A DNA stretch of 64,000 bases from assembly GCF_018977255.1 (NCBI RefSeq), contig NW_024704743.1, forward strand, positions 87,236,001 to 87,300,000, in the 5' to 3' direction. Below are positions 49,712 to 61,905 of this stretch, one piece after another. This DNA is from Callorhinchus milii (Eukaryota). The translations under genes and the position numbers were made by a program. Below the pieces are notes generated by a model. The model saw only the letters and a program-made list of their open reading frames with translations. It searched no databases and had not been told where the DNA came from. Each line of letters starts with the position of its first letter. Position 1 is the stretch's first letter.

Positions 49712-52700
49712 CTCTTTATATATCTTTCTCCATTCTCTTGTAACAAAATAAATGCATTATTTAAATATATAATATGAATGACCTCCTCCCAATATTTTCT
49801 CCTCTTCTGCTGAAGCCACTGACATATGGTAGGATGTGTTTCCTTGGACACCATTCACCCTCTTGACATTTTGACCAAGGGACTGTGTTCAGATAGTGTA
49901 ACGCTAACAGGCTATGCAAGTGTGGTTTTTACTTTGTCTGAGTCCTTCTTACATTGGGGAATGGCTTAAGTGAGGTGATGAGTTTCTATGTGTGTCAGAT
50001 ACCAAGAAAATTACATTGATTTAAACATAAGCTGAGATGTAAGAGCAGTTCTTAAAGGTTACAGGGAGCTGAATGGAGCTCAGATTGTTCAGAAACCACG
50101 CAATGAAAATAATCAACAGGAATGAATCCCAAGACCATGGTTTCCTAAATTAACAAATGATTTATTTTGTCCTTCCGACCTATTCATTAAGATCTTTTCT
50201 AATAGCTTAATGAAGATCTTTACTGCCTAAATAATGCCTTGAACATACATTAGCAGCATATTTAAAAGTACATTTAAACCCATAAGGCAGAATGAATGAA
50301 GCATTGTGGAGATGTTCTAGAAATGCCAAATAATGCTCAATAGCATAGTACTGAAAGGCTTGATAGTTCATGCATGAGACCAACTGTGTCTTGTAAATAT
50401 AGAAGTATTTGCTATGCTTTGACAGAACCTCAGGGTAGCAAAGTAAAGTTCCATTGGTATCTTTTTTCCAGTGACTTTTTAAAAATAATTGGCTGTCACT
50501 ATTTGCTCATATCAGAAGTGCAAGATGAAAAGAGAGAGATCAGACCCCAATTAATAGCAGTTGTGTGTTGAAAAATCATTCATGGAAGTCAATTTGAGTT
50601 AGATAATCACTCAATGTTATTCTTTCAAACAACTAAGGGATTGGAATGAGAAGCCTGGATCCTAGATAATGACATTCTCTAATGCAAGTCCGTCACAATG
50701 GATCATTTTTGGAATATTAAAACATAATGCACTCTCACAAGCTGTCATTTCATTGAAGCAAGTTAAAATAAGGGGCCAACATTAAAACAAAAAACAGGAT
50801 TTCAGTTGTGATTCCAGATGTCATATGGGTTTATGAGATTTAATGCACAGAATAAATTCTTCTTTTAAAGAAATAAATGACCAAAATCTCACTCACTATT
50901 GTTTGTATTCTACTCATTATTTTCACTCTGCTGTAAAGCACCCTGGTTTGTGCCCTAGTGTTTCCTTGGGAGGGCTCGCAAGCTCCTACCGTCTGCCAGT
51001 GCCATTTATAATACTTGTGGACAAGCTAGTCATTTGGAATGTGAGCTTTTTGTCCTCTCCATCCTTCTTCATAATTTATTTTAACCATCAACAAAAGCAA
51101 CCAGGAGCCCTACCTTACTAAAAAAGATAATCTTTTTACTATGTTGGATATGGAACACATTTCCAGCCACGATTTCTAATTAACATTTGACCAGGGTCCC
51201 CACTCATCAAGCAATGTCTTCCTCGAGGTCTGCTGCAACCCGGGATGTTAACATCCATTTCCCCACATAGTGGTATGTCAGCCTGAGTCCAAGTCCCACA
51301 TCGGGAATTGGACTCACATCGTCTAAGCTGATATTCTGCAGTGGTGGGGGTGGAAGTTGTGTTGTGGCTGCTTGCCTCTCTGTAAACCAATCAAGGTGGA
51401 TTCCAAGCCCTGGATGTACGAACGTGTGCTCATGATCTCGGACTCCAGTTAATACCTTCCAGCATCTGTTGCCCCACGCCTCAGAGTTTCCTCATCAGCT
51501 AACTGCTGGGAATCTGCCTTCAACATGGTGGGAGGACCCTTATAGCATGGTTTGTGATGTCCCAGTCATCTTGATGTTCTCGAGATCCAAGTTGAAGAGA
51601 AGTGTGAGTGAAGAAGGTCATTCGACCATTTGATCTCATCCTTCTACAGTAAGAACCAAAGAATTTTCCTGTCACCATATTGAGCCTTTCTTAAATGAGT
51701 CCAGTGACCTGGCTTCTATCCTCTTAGGAAAACTTGTTCCAGCTGTTGCTTACCCTCAATGTAAATGAATACTCTGTAGCTCTGCTGAAAATACCCTTCT
51801 TCCAGACAAACAGTCAAAGGCCAGTATTAACTTTTCATCTCTGCAACATGAGTAGAACTCCTTCTCGACTGCAGGAGAGAGAATCTCACCCATCTGCACA
51901 ATTTCCAATCTTAGTCCAATTTTTTAGTGGCTACAAGATTGAGCACAAAGCAGGATACCATTTGTCAACAGTCCAGACTAATTTGACAAACAAACTTAGA
52001 GAAGCCATGGAGATGCAAATGAAGCAACTATTTTTTACATACAGCAAAATTGTGCAACCAACCATGAGGTAAATGATCTATTCATCTGAGGGATTCTTGG
52101 CCCCAAAGCACACAGTTCTTTTGGATTGTTAACATTCACATGAAGAACAGGGAGATGGGACTTTAGTTTGACAGCTGATTCGCAACAATGCAGCACTCCC
52201 CTCAGCACTGCAGTATCAACAACTACGTTTACATCTATATCACACCTTTCAGGTAGTCCCAAAGTGCTTCACAGAATTGGCTAGGAGTTCAAACTGAGGG
52301 TGGGGGCCGCTGAAGAATGTGCTCCCACCTGAGCTAAACTCGCATCTGACAGGAAAACCCATGTTTGGAATGGGAGATTTTAAAATAGATTCTAATATAT
52401 CATAAGTGTTCACCCTGGCTCCAATAAAACCTTTTTTCCACTCAGGAGCAGAGTTGGACTGGGGGGACAGGAAATCGGGAAATTTCCCAAGCTCCCCTGT
52501 AAGTGGCTCTCGATGCTTGCCACCTTGTGCAGCCTAGTTCAGAAGTTCCATTTAAGCCTGACAAGGCTTTTAAAATGTGCAGATGATTTGTCAACCCTCA
52601 CAAATCAGCCCCCATTTTTTCGTGACAATCCCCAGCCCTATTGGGTGGCTAATCTGTCACTGGTCAGGAGAATAGTTCAAATCACAGGAACGGGAATGCC

Positions 52701-53451
52701 TGATAAGAACAACTTCCTTTGCAGATCACTACAAGTTTGTAATAATTTGGTTTGACAATATTATTGGGAAATTTATTGCAGAAATGTTGCTGTGTAAATT
52801 TAAAGGAGGCAGTGTAGGTAGAGGGAAGGTACTTATACAGAGCAGATCACACAAGGAAGGAAAAGCTGACATTTACAATATGCTGTATCATAATCAGCTT
52901 CAGATCAGCTTCATTAACAATCAGAATTGTATTTTCAATTGGGTGCACATCTAGTTGAGTTGTTTTTTAATTGATTTAAATTAGTATTCAGAATTATTCA
53001 AATTGCCCCAGTTGATACATTTCATTTTTCTCACAAAAAAGGGACAATAAAAAATACATTCAATTCACTTTATAGTATATTCTGTGAAGCGCTTTGAGAC
53101 GTTGCAAAAATGTGATAAGGCGCTATATCAAATGCAAGGATTATTAGTATTATCTCCTTTAAGCATCTAATCCTCTTTAACTGCAAATGAGAAACTAAGT
53201 GTAAGTACATTAGTTATGGTTTGAAAAAACTCATCTGGTGAGCAGGTAGATGCTTCATGTGTTAAAGATTTGTGTTGCTCTATTAAAATGCATTAGAACC
53301 TCTTTCCTACAAACTGCAGGTTTCCACATTTGTCTGTCACTTCAAAGTCACTATTGCAATTACTAGAATTACTGTCTATGTAAAAATCATGGTAAAAGCA
53401 AGAGATTTGGTTATACTGCCTGTCAATACTATGTCTAGACTCCCACTGGAA

Positions 53452-53700
53452 CAATAATATCCTTACATTTCAAAATTCAATGTCTTCTCACATTGTTGAA
53501 CATTTGAAAGAACTTCACAGGATTTATTATAAACTGTACTGATGAATGCAGCAGTCAATAAGCAAACAGCAAGTCCCACAAACAGCCATGAAGTGAATGA
53601 CCAATTTTATGTTTTCTAGGATGCCTCTTTCTCAAATAGTTGCATGAGATCTTTAACAACCACCCACACAGGCAGTCAAGAATTCGGTTTAACATCACAT
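53452..53700 (-). mobile_element. Deu-domain SINE, partial
   Basis: aataatatccttacattt tail; cagcaagtcccacaaacagccatgaagtgaatgaccaattt; gagatctttaacaaccacc..cggtttaacatc. Confidence 0.75.
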
Positions 53701-54544
53701 CCTCCATAGAGCAATGTAAACTGTTTGTAATACACATCTGATGTGCTATGTGACATATTTTAGGACTAGAAGATGCTGACTGTTTTTATTTGGTCAGCTT
53801 AATAGCTGACATATAGAAGCCTATCTCCATGCTTAAGAGTCTTCAAATCAAACTAGTGAGAATTCCAAATGACAGTAAGGTGGTCTTGAGTTAGCAGGAA
53901 CAGAGATTCTCTTTTTGGAAAAAAAAACTGTGTGTGTGTTAAACATAATGAGCAAATTAATGGTGACATTTCACTAAGTAACTCAACTTAGGTTTCTGGG
54001 ATATCTGTGGACTTCCAAGTTATGTTTTTTTATGAATCATTGAAGTATCACAGCCTTTGTTACTTTGTTACATCCTGACCAACGTGCTGCTGACTGATGG
54101 AGAAATGTTCTGCTGAATTCAAATGCACAATTAATTGATCAAGAAATCTTTGTGTCACAACCATCCAGCCACTCCTTTGGTGATTCAATTTAAATAAAAG
54201 CATTGGAAAACACTGAATGAAAACCTGCATTTCACACAAAAGGCATCAGATTTTCAACAGGGCTGCAATCTCAGTGAGGCTTTTGACAACAGAATGAATT
54301 TATTCAGTGGGTGGAACATAAAGTCTAGGTACTCATCTCATCAAGCAAGACAATACTTGATGGGATTGTAACACCTGGATAATTTTATTTCAGTTGTTCT
54401 TATTATAGCAAGTTTAACTGTCATTTTCGAACAGCATCAAAAGACTTGTTTTTAACCTTTCTTCCAAGAAGGCTTGGAATGAGAGAAGGCAACTTGGCTC
54501 ACTACTTCCAAAGACCATTCTACTCAATTTTGTGAGGGAAGGTT

Positions 54545-54976
54545 ATGCACTTGTGATCTAGGCTGACACTCCAGTGCAGTAATGGGGGAGTATTGCATTG
54601 TCAATGGTGCCGTCCTAGGAATGAGATGATACACTGAGGTCCCGTCTGCCTGTTCAACAACAAGCTACAACAACAAGATTATATTTGTATAGCGCCTTTC
54701 ACGTCAGGAGGATCAGGTTGATATTAAAAATATATTGACACTATTTGAAGTGCGAAGAAAGTTTCTCCCAGTTTCCTGGCAAACAATCCCCCAGATAAAT
54801 CAGTCATTCACTGTTCATTCATGGCAGGAACATGCTATATTCATGGCTGCTGTGCACAGATTGGATTTACATTTGCCTACAAACACAAAGTCATTGTACT
54901 TTATAACATTTCCCTGACGTTCTTTGATATATTTTGACTTCATAGACAACATATGAAATGCAAGGATTATTATTAC
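54545..54976 (+). mobile_element. Deu-domain SINE carrying an inserted inverted L2/SINE tail at about 54655-54712
   Basis: tctaggctgacactccagtgcagt..gaggtcccgtctgcctgttca | acaacaagctacaacaacaag..atagcgcctttcacgtcaggagga | tcaggttgatattaaa. Confidence 0.8.
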
Positions 54977-55002
54977 TAGGGCAACTCCATTATAATGCAG
55001 TT

Positions 55003-55310
55003 AATAATAACTAATCTTTGCATTTGATATAGCGTTTTTCATGTCTTCTAGACGTCTCAAAGCGCTTCACAGAATATACTGTAAAGTGAATGGACTGTAT
55101 ATTTGTGGGCAAAACTCAGCAGCCAGTTGTGCAAAGCAGTGCCACAAACAGTCGTGGATTGAAGTGACCAATTTGTTATTGTTTTTTCTTGAGGGATTAT
55201 TTTCAGGCATGTGGAGTAAGGAAACTTGCCCACAGCTCCGCCCTGCTGGGAATCGAATCCAAGTTTCTCGCTTGTGAGGCGAGTGCTCTAACCACTGAGC
55301 TAAAGGACTC
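55003..55310 (-). mobile_element. Family-A SINE, full length, with a 5-bp TSD
   Basis: cagtt at 54998-55002 and 55311-55315; complete head and tail. Confidence 0.92.
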
Positions 55311-56361
55311 CAGTTGTTTCAGCATTCCAGAGGCTCCGTAATAAGCAAAACATGAAAAAACCTGACTTCCATGTCATTACTGCTGATGACACTTTGTGCA
55401 TGCTGCATGTGCATGAAACATGACTTCTTTCTTGCCACATGATGGAAGTCACATGCTTTCTGCGCATGTACAACGCACAGGAAGTGATGGTGGAGGTGCC
55501 CTAAATTTAGTCATTGTCAATACTAGAAGTCAGGTGTCCCAAACTTTCAGTTAACGTGGGTCCAACATGCCAGCACTATGGTGCAGTCAAGCTAATACTA
55601 GGGCATTGTAATAGGGTTACCCTGTATTAAGATTCTGCAATGTATTCTGCTTCTTGACTGCATCAAGAAGACTACCTATGTGTTTCAACTATATAAACAT
55701 TCAATCCACACATGTTATTCTCTCTGTGTCCTTAATTCTTTGGTTGAGGGTAAATTTACCAATGTTATCAGGCTGTACTTATACAGTGATAGGAAAATAC
55801 CATTGTAAAATGCACATTGGAATGGTTAGTAATTTTCCCAACCAGCAGAGTTAATTAATTCATAGTTTAGTTTTCTATAATACAGGTTATATTGCACATG
55901 AACACAAGGTGAATTTTCAAATATTATCGAATGATTCATGGTTGATCCCAAAAGGAGACAGTAATTTTGTGTGCCAGTGAGATAAGGGTTAAAGAATGAC
56001 TGGATGATGAATTATTGTTCTCTGGGGGACATTTCGGCAATCCATATAATTTTGTGTCAAGTGTGATCAACAACTGGCAGGTCACGCCTGAAAACCTTCC
56101 TATTCAACCGTGCCTATGGTCACCCCCACCCCACCTGGCTCAGCGTCGTACTGGGTCACTGACACGTACAGGGACCCTACCCTGCATGAGGAGTGCTATA
56201 TAAATGCAAGTTGTTGTAATTTTTATCCAGGCCGTTCTTTGGTGGAAGTGTCCACAAATTGAAACACAGAGGCTTCACTGGAGAAAATATATATTTTTTC
56301 TAGCTTTTTTTTGTATGACATCAATAACAGTTTAAAGGGTTTTCGGTAGGACTGTGACAAA

Positions 56362-56908
56362 TGTCGGCCTGGCTCAGTTGGCAGCACTCTCGCCTCCAAG
56401 TCAAGCTCCTCATTGGGACTTTGAACTCATAGCCTAGGCTGACATTTCAGTGCTGGGTGAGTCACTGGATCATCAGAAGTGTCATCTTTTGGATGAGACA
56501 TTAAACCAAGGTCCCATCTGCCTGCTCAGATTAAAGATTCAATGGCACTATTTGAAAATGGAAGGAAGTTCCTCCTGACGTCCTGACGTTAAAGGTTGTA
56601 TTAACATAAATGTATCAGAGTGTGAAATGTCAGTGGTGTACAAACTAATTACAACAGAGCTTTCCAATGCATAGCACTTTGAATTTTATATTTTCTGAAC
56701 ACAACAATTTTGTTCTGCGTGCATGGTTGCTGGCACCAATCCCCCAGATTGGTCATTCACTGCATGGCTGTTTGTGGGTCATTGCTGTGCACAAATTGGC
56801 TGCCACTTTTGCCTATGAATACACAGTCGCTGCACTTAAGTAAATCTTGTGAAGAGTTTATTCGACATGATAAGGTGTTACATCAAATGCAGGGATTGTT
56901 GTTATTGT
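56362..56908 (+). mobile_element. Deu-domain SINE split by about 130 bp of unrelated sequence (about 56590-56720)
   Basis: tgtcggcctggctcagttggcagcactctcgcc head, ggatgagacattaaaccaaggtcccatctgcctg core; tail resumes at ctggcaccaatcccccagattggtcattcac. Confidence 0.82.
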
Positions 56909-57751
56909 TAACTATATGGGTAAGTGAGTACATTTACTATTGATACAGTATTACTACTTTCATGTACTCAAGCTGTGAGTCATATTTCCTTCGGACCATC
57001 TGGCCTTCACTAATAATCCATGTGGGCAATGCATATCCTCCATTAAATATATAATATTTAATCCTTCATGACTATTTAAGTTGGAAGTTTATTCCAGAAT
57101 GTCAGAGAAAGGCTTTGTCAGTATATTTCTTTATTAGTGCAGTAAAAAGGCATTTTTCCCAGTTATTTTAGACAGTTTCGGTATTTACAGGAAAACAATT
57201 ATCATGTTTTTAACAATTGTATGATTCTGAGAGTCACAAATTCCCAGGAAAATCACATGAGATATTTGGATGAAGATGATGCTGCACCTCATTTGATCTC
57301 ATCTTTGCAGAATACTCACTTCCCATGACAAGATCAAACTGTTAGTTAATCCAACATGCCAGTCTTTACCACCCATCTTAGTAAGCGGGCCAGCTGTTCG
57401 TTATCCTCTGCATAATGCATTACTTTTCAGTGGCTGACATAAGATTATCCATCTTAACCCTGAACCTGCGATCTAGTGTTATGTTGGCTTGTCGTATCTG
57501 AAATAAACCGGCCAAAAAATTCTGATCACTCTCTCAAGGGGTCCATATAATTGTAGAAGTTGGGCAGCGATTGAGACAATGATTTCCAGCGATTGATATC
57601 TTGGAATGTATGGCCTGATACTACTTGGCAGCATTCATGATAAATTCCAGTCTTCCGATTGTGCATGCAAATCTAAGATGAGCAACAAAATAATTCAGAC
57701 AAAGCAAAATCCAGTTGTCTGATTTTGAATTTCAGCTGTAGGATCTGTAGT

Positions 57752-59615
57752 TAGATTCATAGATTTATAGAATGTTACGGCACAGAAGGAGGCCATTCGG
57801 CCCATCAAGTCTGCGCCAGCTCTTTGACAGAGCAAATCACTTTCACTAACCCCAATCACCAGCTTTCTCCCCATAACCCTGCAAACCCGTCTTCCCCAGA
57901 TACCTATCCAGTTCTCTCTTAAAAGCTGTTATCGAATCAGACTTCACTACCCTTTCAGGCAGATCATTCCAAATTCGAACAACTCGCTGAGTGAAAAAAT
58001 TTCTTCTAACCTCCCCTCTGCTTCTTTTGGTAGATATCTTAAGACTGTGACCACGGGTCACAGATATACCTACCAGCGGAAACAGCTTTTCCCTATCTAG
58101 CCTGTCGAAACCTTTCATGATCTTCAAGACCTCTATCAGATCCCCGCGTAACCTTCTCTGCTCTAATGGGAAAAGTCCTAACCTCTCCAGCCTGTCCTCA
58201 TAGCTAAGGTTCCCCATTCCTGGTATCATTCTCGTGAATCTCCTCTGCACCCTTTCCAGTGCCTTAATGTTCTTCCTGAAGTAAGGTGCCCAGAACTGGA
58301 CACAGTACTCCAGCTGAGGCCTAACCAGTGTTTTGTATAGATTAACCACAACCTCCCTACTCTTATACTCTATGCCCCTACTAATAAAGCTCAGTACACC
58401 AAATGCCTTTTTTACTGCCTTATCTACCTGCCCCGCAATCTTTAATGATTCGCTTACTTGAACACCCAGATCTCTCTGTACGTTCACCCCCCCTTAAGAT
58501 TGAGCTACCAAGTCTATAATGCCTCCTATCATTTTTCCGACCTAAGTGTATCCCCTCACACTTATCCACATTGAAATCCATCTGCCACATGTCAGCCCAT
58601 TCCACCATTCTGTGTATGTCTGCTTGCAGTTGGTTACAGTCCTCCTCACTATTTACTACCCTACCTAACTTTGTATCATCTGCAAACTTGGAAATAGTGC
58701 TCTCTATGCCCAAGTCCAGATCATTAATATATATTAGAAAGAGCAGTGGTCCCAATACTGATCCCTGGGGGACACTGCTGCACACCTCCTTCCATTTCGA
58801 GAAACACCCATTAACCACCTCCCTCTGCTTTCTGTCACTCAGCCAGTTCTTAATCCAAACTGCCACTGTCCCCTTAATAACGTGGGCCTCTAATTTTTTT
58901 ATTAATCTCTTATGCGGTACTGTGTCAAAAGCCTTTTTGAAATCCATGTACATAACGTCCACCACATTTCTCTCATCAACCCTCGCAGTCACCTCTTCGA
59001 AAAATCCATGTTGGCTGTCTCTAATTACCTCATGTTCCTCTAAGTAGAGATTTATTCTGTTCCGGATTATGGTCTCCAGTAGTTTTCCTACTACCGAAGT
59101 TAAACTGACTGGCCTGTAATTTCCGGGTTTGTCTTTCTGCCCCTTTTTGGAGAGGGGGGTAACATTAGCCACTCTCCAGTCTCTTGGCACCACTCCTGTG
59201 TCCAATGAAGATTGAAATATAATGGCCAAAGCCTCCGCTATTTGAACCCGTATCTCCCACAGCAACCTTGGGTGAAACCCATCTGTCCTGGTGACTTATC
59301 AATTTTAAGCCCAGCCAATCTTTTCAGAACTTCCTCTCTGTCTATAGTAATCTGATCTATTTCATCTACCCTCTCATCCAATACTGCGGCATTTGGGGCA
59401 TCCATTTCCGTTGTGAAGACAGATGCAAAGTACTCGTTCAGTACATCAGCTATACCCTCTGCCTCCACAACAAGATTGCCGTCATTGTCTTTGATTGGCC
59501 CCACCCTACCTTTAACTAATCTTTTTTCCTTTATGTGCTTGTAAAATATTTTAGGATTCCCCTTTATGTTATCCGCTAACCTCTTCTCATGCGATCTTTT
59601 AGCCTGTCTTATCAC
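57752..59615 (-). mobile_element. 5'-truncated CR1 LINE (about 1.86 kb), frameshifted ORF2/RT
   Basis: Three overlapping ORFs (59238-59615, 58420-59265, 57846-58487) with NYRPVSLTS, PQGSVLGP, FADD and [13 protein letters not shown]. Tail tagattcatagatttatag. A different subfamily from the 5976 copy. Confidence 0.97.
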
Positions 59616-59872
59616 TAGTTACCATGTTAATGTATTAGACAACACACAGTTAAAAGGCAAGTGATGTGTTCACCGTGAAGAATGAAAGTTTTTTTTTAAC
59701 CTTATTAATCCTGATAGTTTTTATTCTTCTCTTGCCCAAATATAGCGCTGTTCAATTAGAACGCATCCTGTTTGAGCACAGATTTGCTTAGACAGATTTG
59801 TCAAGTGTGGAAGCATGCAACACTCAGCTGACAAAGGCTGGATGTCACTTCTCATGAACATGATGTGATTTT

Positions 59873-59955
59873 TTGGATAGCTCTTTTCAAAGAGCTGGCA
59901 CACACACGACAGGCTGAATGGCCTCCTTCTGTGCTGTATAATTCTATGATTCATG
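59873..59955 (+). mobile_element. CR1 extreme 3' end
   Basis: ggatagctcttttcaaagagctggcac..ggctgaatggcctccttctgtgctgtataattctatgattc. Confidence 0.88.
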
Positions 59956-60494
59956 AAGCAAGTGAAGTCATGCTAGCACGGGACATAGAAAGTGACATCG
60001 CCACTGCCTGGTGACCATTTTCTTCCAACGTGTTACAACACAATGTCTCTATTTTTGGATCTGAGCCATTGCATTTTTGCTAGGCTGCCCTGTAGCTGTT
60101 TGCTATTACTGAATGCTCAATATTCTAGCTGTTGCAGCAAAGAGTGGGGATTCATTCTCATTGGACTCTTAATGGAGAAGAGTGAGGTTCATTCATACAC
60201 GTGCATTCATTAGGCAAAAAAGATAATTACTACAGACAGTAATAAATCAAAATGCCCACTCATCATGTTGACACTTTTTTTTAATTATGATATTTTACCA
60301 TAATGATAGGAAGAATTGAGAAAGTTCAGGCGTTGGTCGTGAAGGAATTGCGATATATCAGTAAAGTGGAAAACCTTATTGCCACTGATTGTTGAATAGA
60401 CGATAAAAGATTAAGAAGTTTATTATTCAACATAATTGTTGAAAATTAGTTAACCCAAATTGTACTATGTTTTAGTATTGAACTTTCCAATGTA

Positions 60495-60605
60495 TAGTAT
60501 TCCCTCATGTCAGCCAAGATTGTGAGTTCAAAGTCCCAACATGAGGCTTGAACCGACAACCGCGATTAAAAGGCAAGAGTGCTACCAACTGAGTCAAGCT
60601 ACCAC
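60495..60605 (-). mobile_element. Deu-SINE tRNA-like head
   Basis: tgtcagccaagattgtgagttcaaagtccc..cttgaaccgacaacc..gagtgctaccaactgagtcaagct. Confidence 0.75.
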
Positions 60606-60994
60606 CATGACCAGAATCTGACACCACAAACACCCAATTTTTGGCTGGTCAATTTTCTCACCTCCACTTCTCAAAACTGGTGATCATTCCTGGGGTATAT
60701 TGTTGCAAGCTTCAACTACCCAGGTGGAAAATGTCCATTTTGGGACTTTTATGAAGAGCAGGAGTGAACATAGAGAGGACAAGGGTTTCTCCAAATCCTC
60801 TAAATTTCTCCCATCCACTTGAGCCATTGATTGTAGCCCTTCAGGAGCTGATTGAATAGATAATGATATCACTGTCCATTTTGTGGTTTGTGATTGAAAG
60901 GTGTGAAGAGCATTATGTAAAATAACCACAGTAGAAAGCGTGTCCCTCCTCGTGTGCACTAAGATAAATATTTGATTGTCTCCCTGTTTTACAG

Positions 60995-61194
60995 ACTGAA
61001 GAAAAAGTCCCAGTCGGTGGACATAACCTCCCAAGGATTTGGCAATCCATTGGCAGCCAATGATGCATCATCACAAACCAGCAAGTCCTCTACTGTTGCC
61101 AAGACAACTACATTAGAGGAGGTGCAGAACAATGCTGCCAATACGCAGAGACGCAACACCAGGCGGAGTGAACTCAAGAGATATTATACAATAG
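60995..61194 (+). CDS. OXR1: Internal coding exon (200 nt) of oxidation resistance protein 1, N-terminal region upstream of the LysM domain
   Basis: Acceptor tctccctgttttacag|A at 60994/60995 and donor ATAG|gtatgt at 61194/61195. Translation LKKKSQSVDITSQGFGNPLAANDASSQTSKSSTVAKTTTLEEVQNNAANTQRRNTRRSELKRYYTI matches the vertebrate OXR1 N-terminus as I recall it (LKKKSQSVDI..GFNPLA...EEEQNNAANTQ...RRSELKRFYTID). The terminal G fits the following Asp codon. Confidence 0.93.
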
Positions 61195-61559
61195 GTATGT
61201 GGAGTGCTTCATACCCAATTGATGCTGAAGCATCACACAACCATATAATCTTGAAAATCAGTTGCTGTCAATTCAGATTATCTTTGTTTCATATTAATGT
61301 GGTTTGGGAACCATTGAGATAGTATTCATATTTCAAGAATTGTGATGTTCAGAAATTAGTTTGTTTGCAGATTATATTATGAAATTATGGGGTAAGTGAA
61401 ATAGGACGTTAGCATGGAGCTGGTTGGTTGTTTTACTCACTTTGTAGCACATGAGGTTTCCTGAAACATAAGCAGTGAGATATGTTATCTTTGCTTTGTC
61501 TCTCAATTGGTTAAAAATGATTATTGATATTAATGTTAACTAATTTATAATTTATAGTG

Positions 61560-61905
61560 AATATTCTAGAATTATGAGGCGGTCTAACGGGTAAATAGGG
61601 AAAAGCTATTTCACTTGTAGCGAAGTCAGTGACTAGGGTTTCAGGGTTGATAGCAAAAGGAGATCTTAGGCAAAATTATTTCACTCAAGAGAGTTGTTGG
61701 GATGTGGAATGCCCTGCCATGTAAGATGGTAGAGATGGTCTGTTTTGGGTTTCAAGAGGAAAGTAGACAGATATATGAAGGATAGAGGCTTGAAAGAGTG
61801 TGTAGATATGCATTGGGAAGTGGGATTGAAAGAGAACCTTGCTCTGAGAGCTGGTGCAGAATTGATGGGCCAAATGGCCTTCTTTGAGGTAAGTTTCTAT
61901 GAATT
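61560..61905 (+). mobile_element. Old CR1 3' region
   Basis: gtaaatagggaaaagctatttc..ttcactcaagagagttgttgggatgtggaatgccctgcc..gagctggtgcagaattgatgggccaaatggcct. Confidence 0.85.

Noticed and set aside
57657..57672. Sox-Oct composite site (attgtgcatgcaaat)
   Set aside because: The spacing is non-canonical and there is no other support.
58571..59047. 158-aa plus-strand ORF
   Set aside because: It is the antisense frame of the CR1 RT region, a common by-product.
60972..61322. 116-aa single ORF as a standalone gene
   Set aside because: Only 60995-61194 resembles OXR1. The flanks are intron read-through beyond canonical splice sites.
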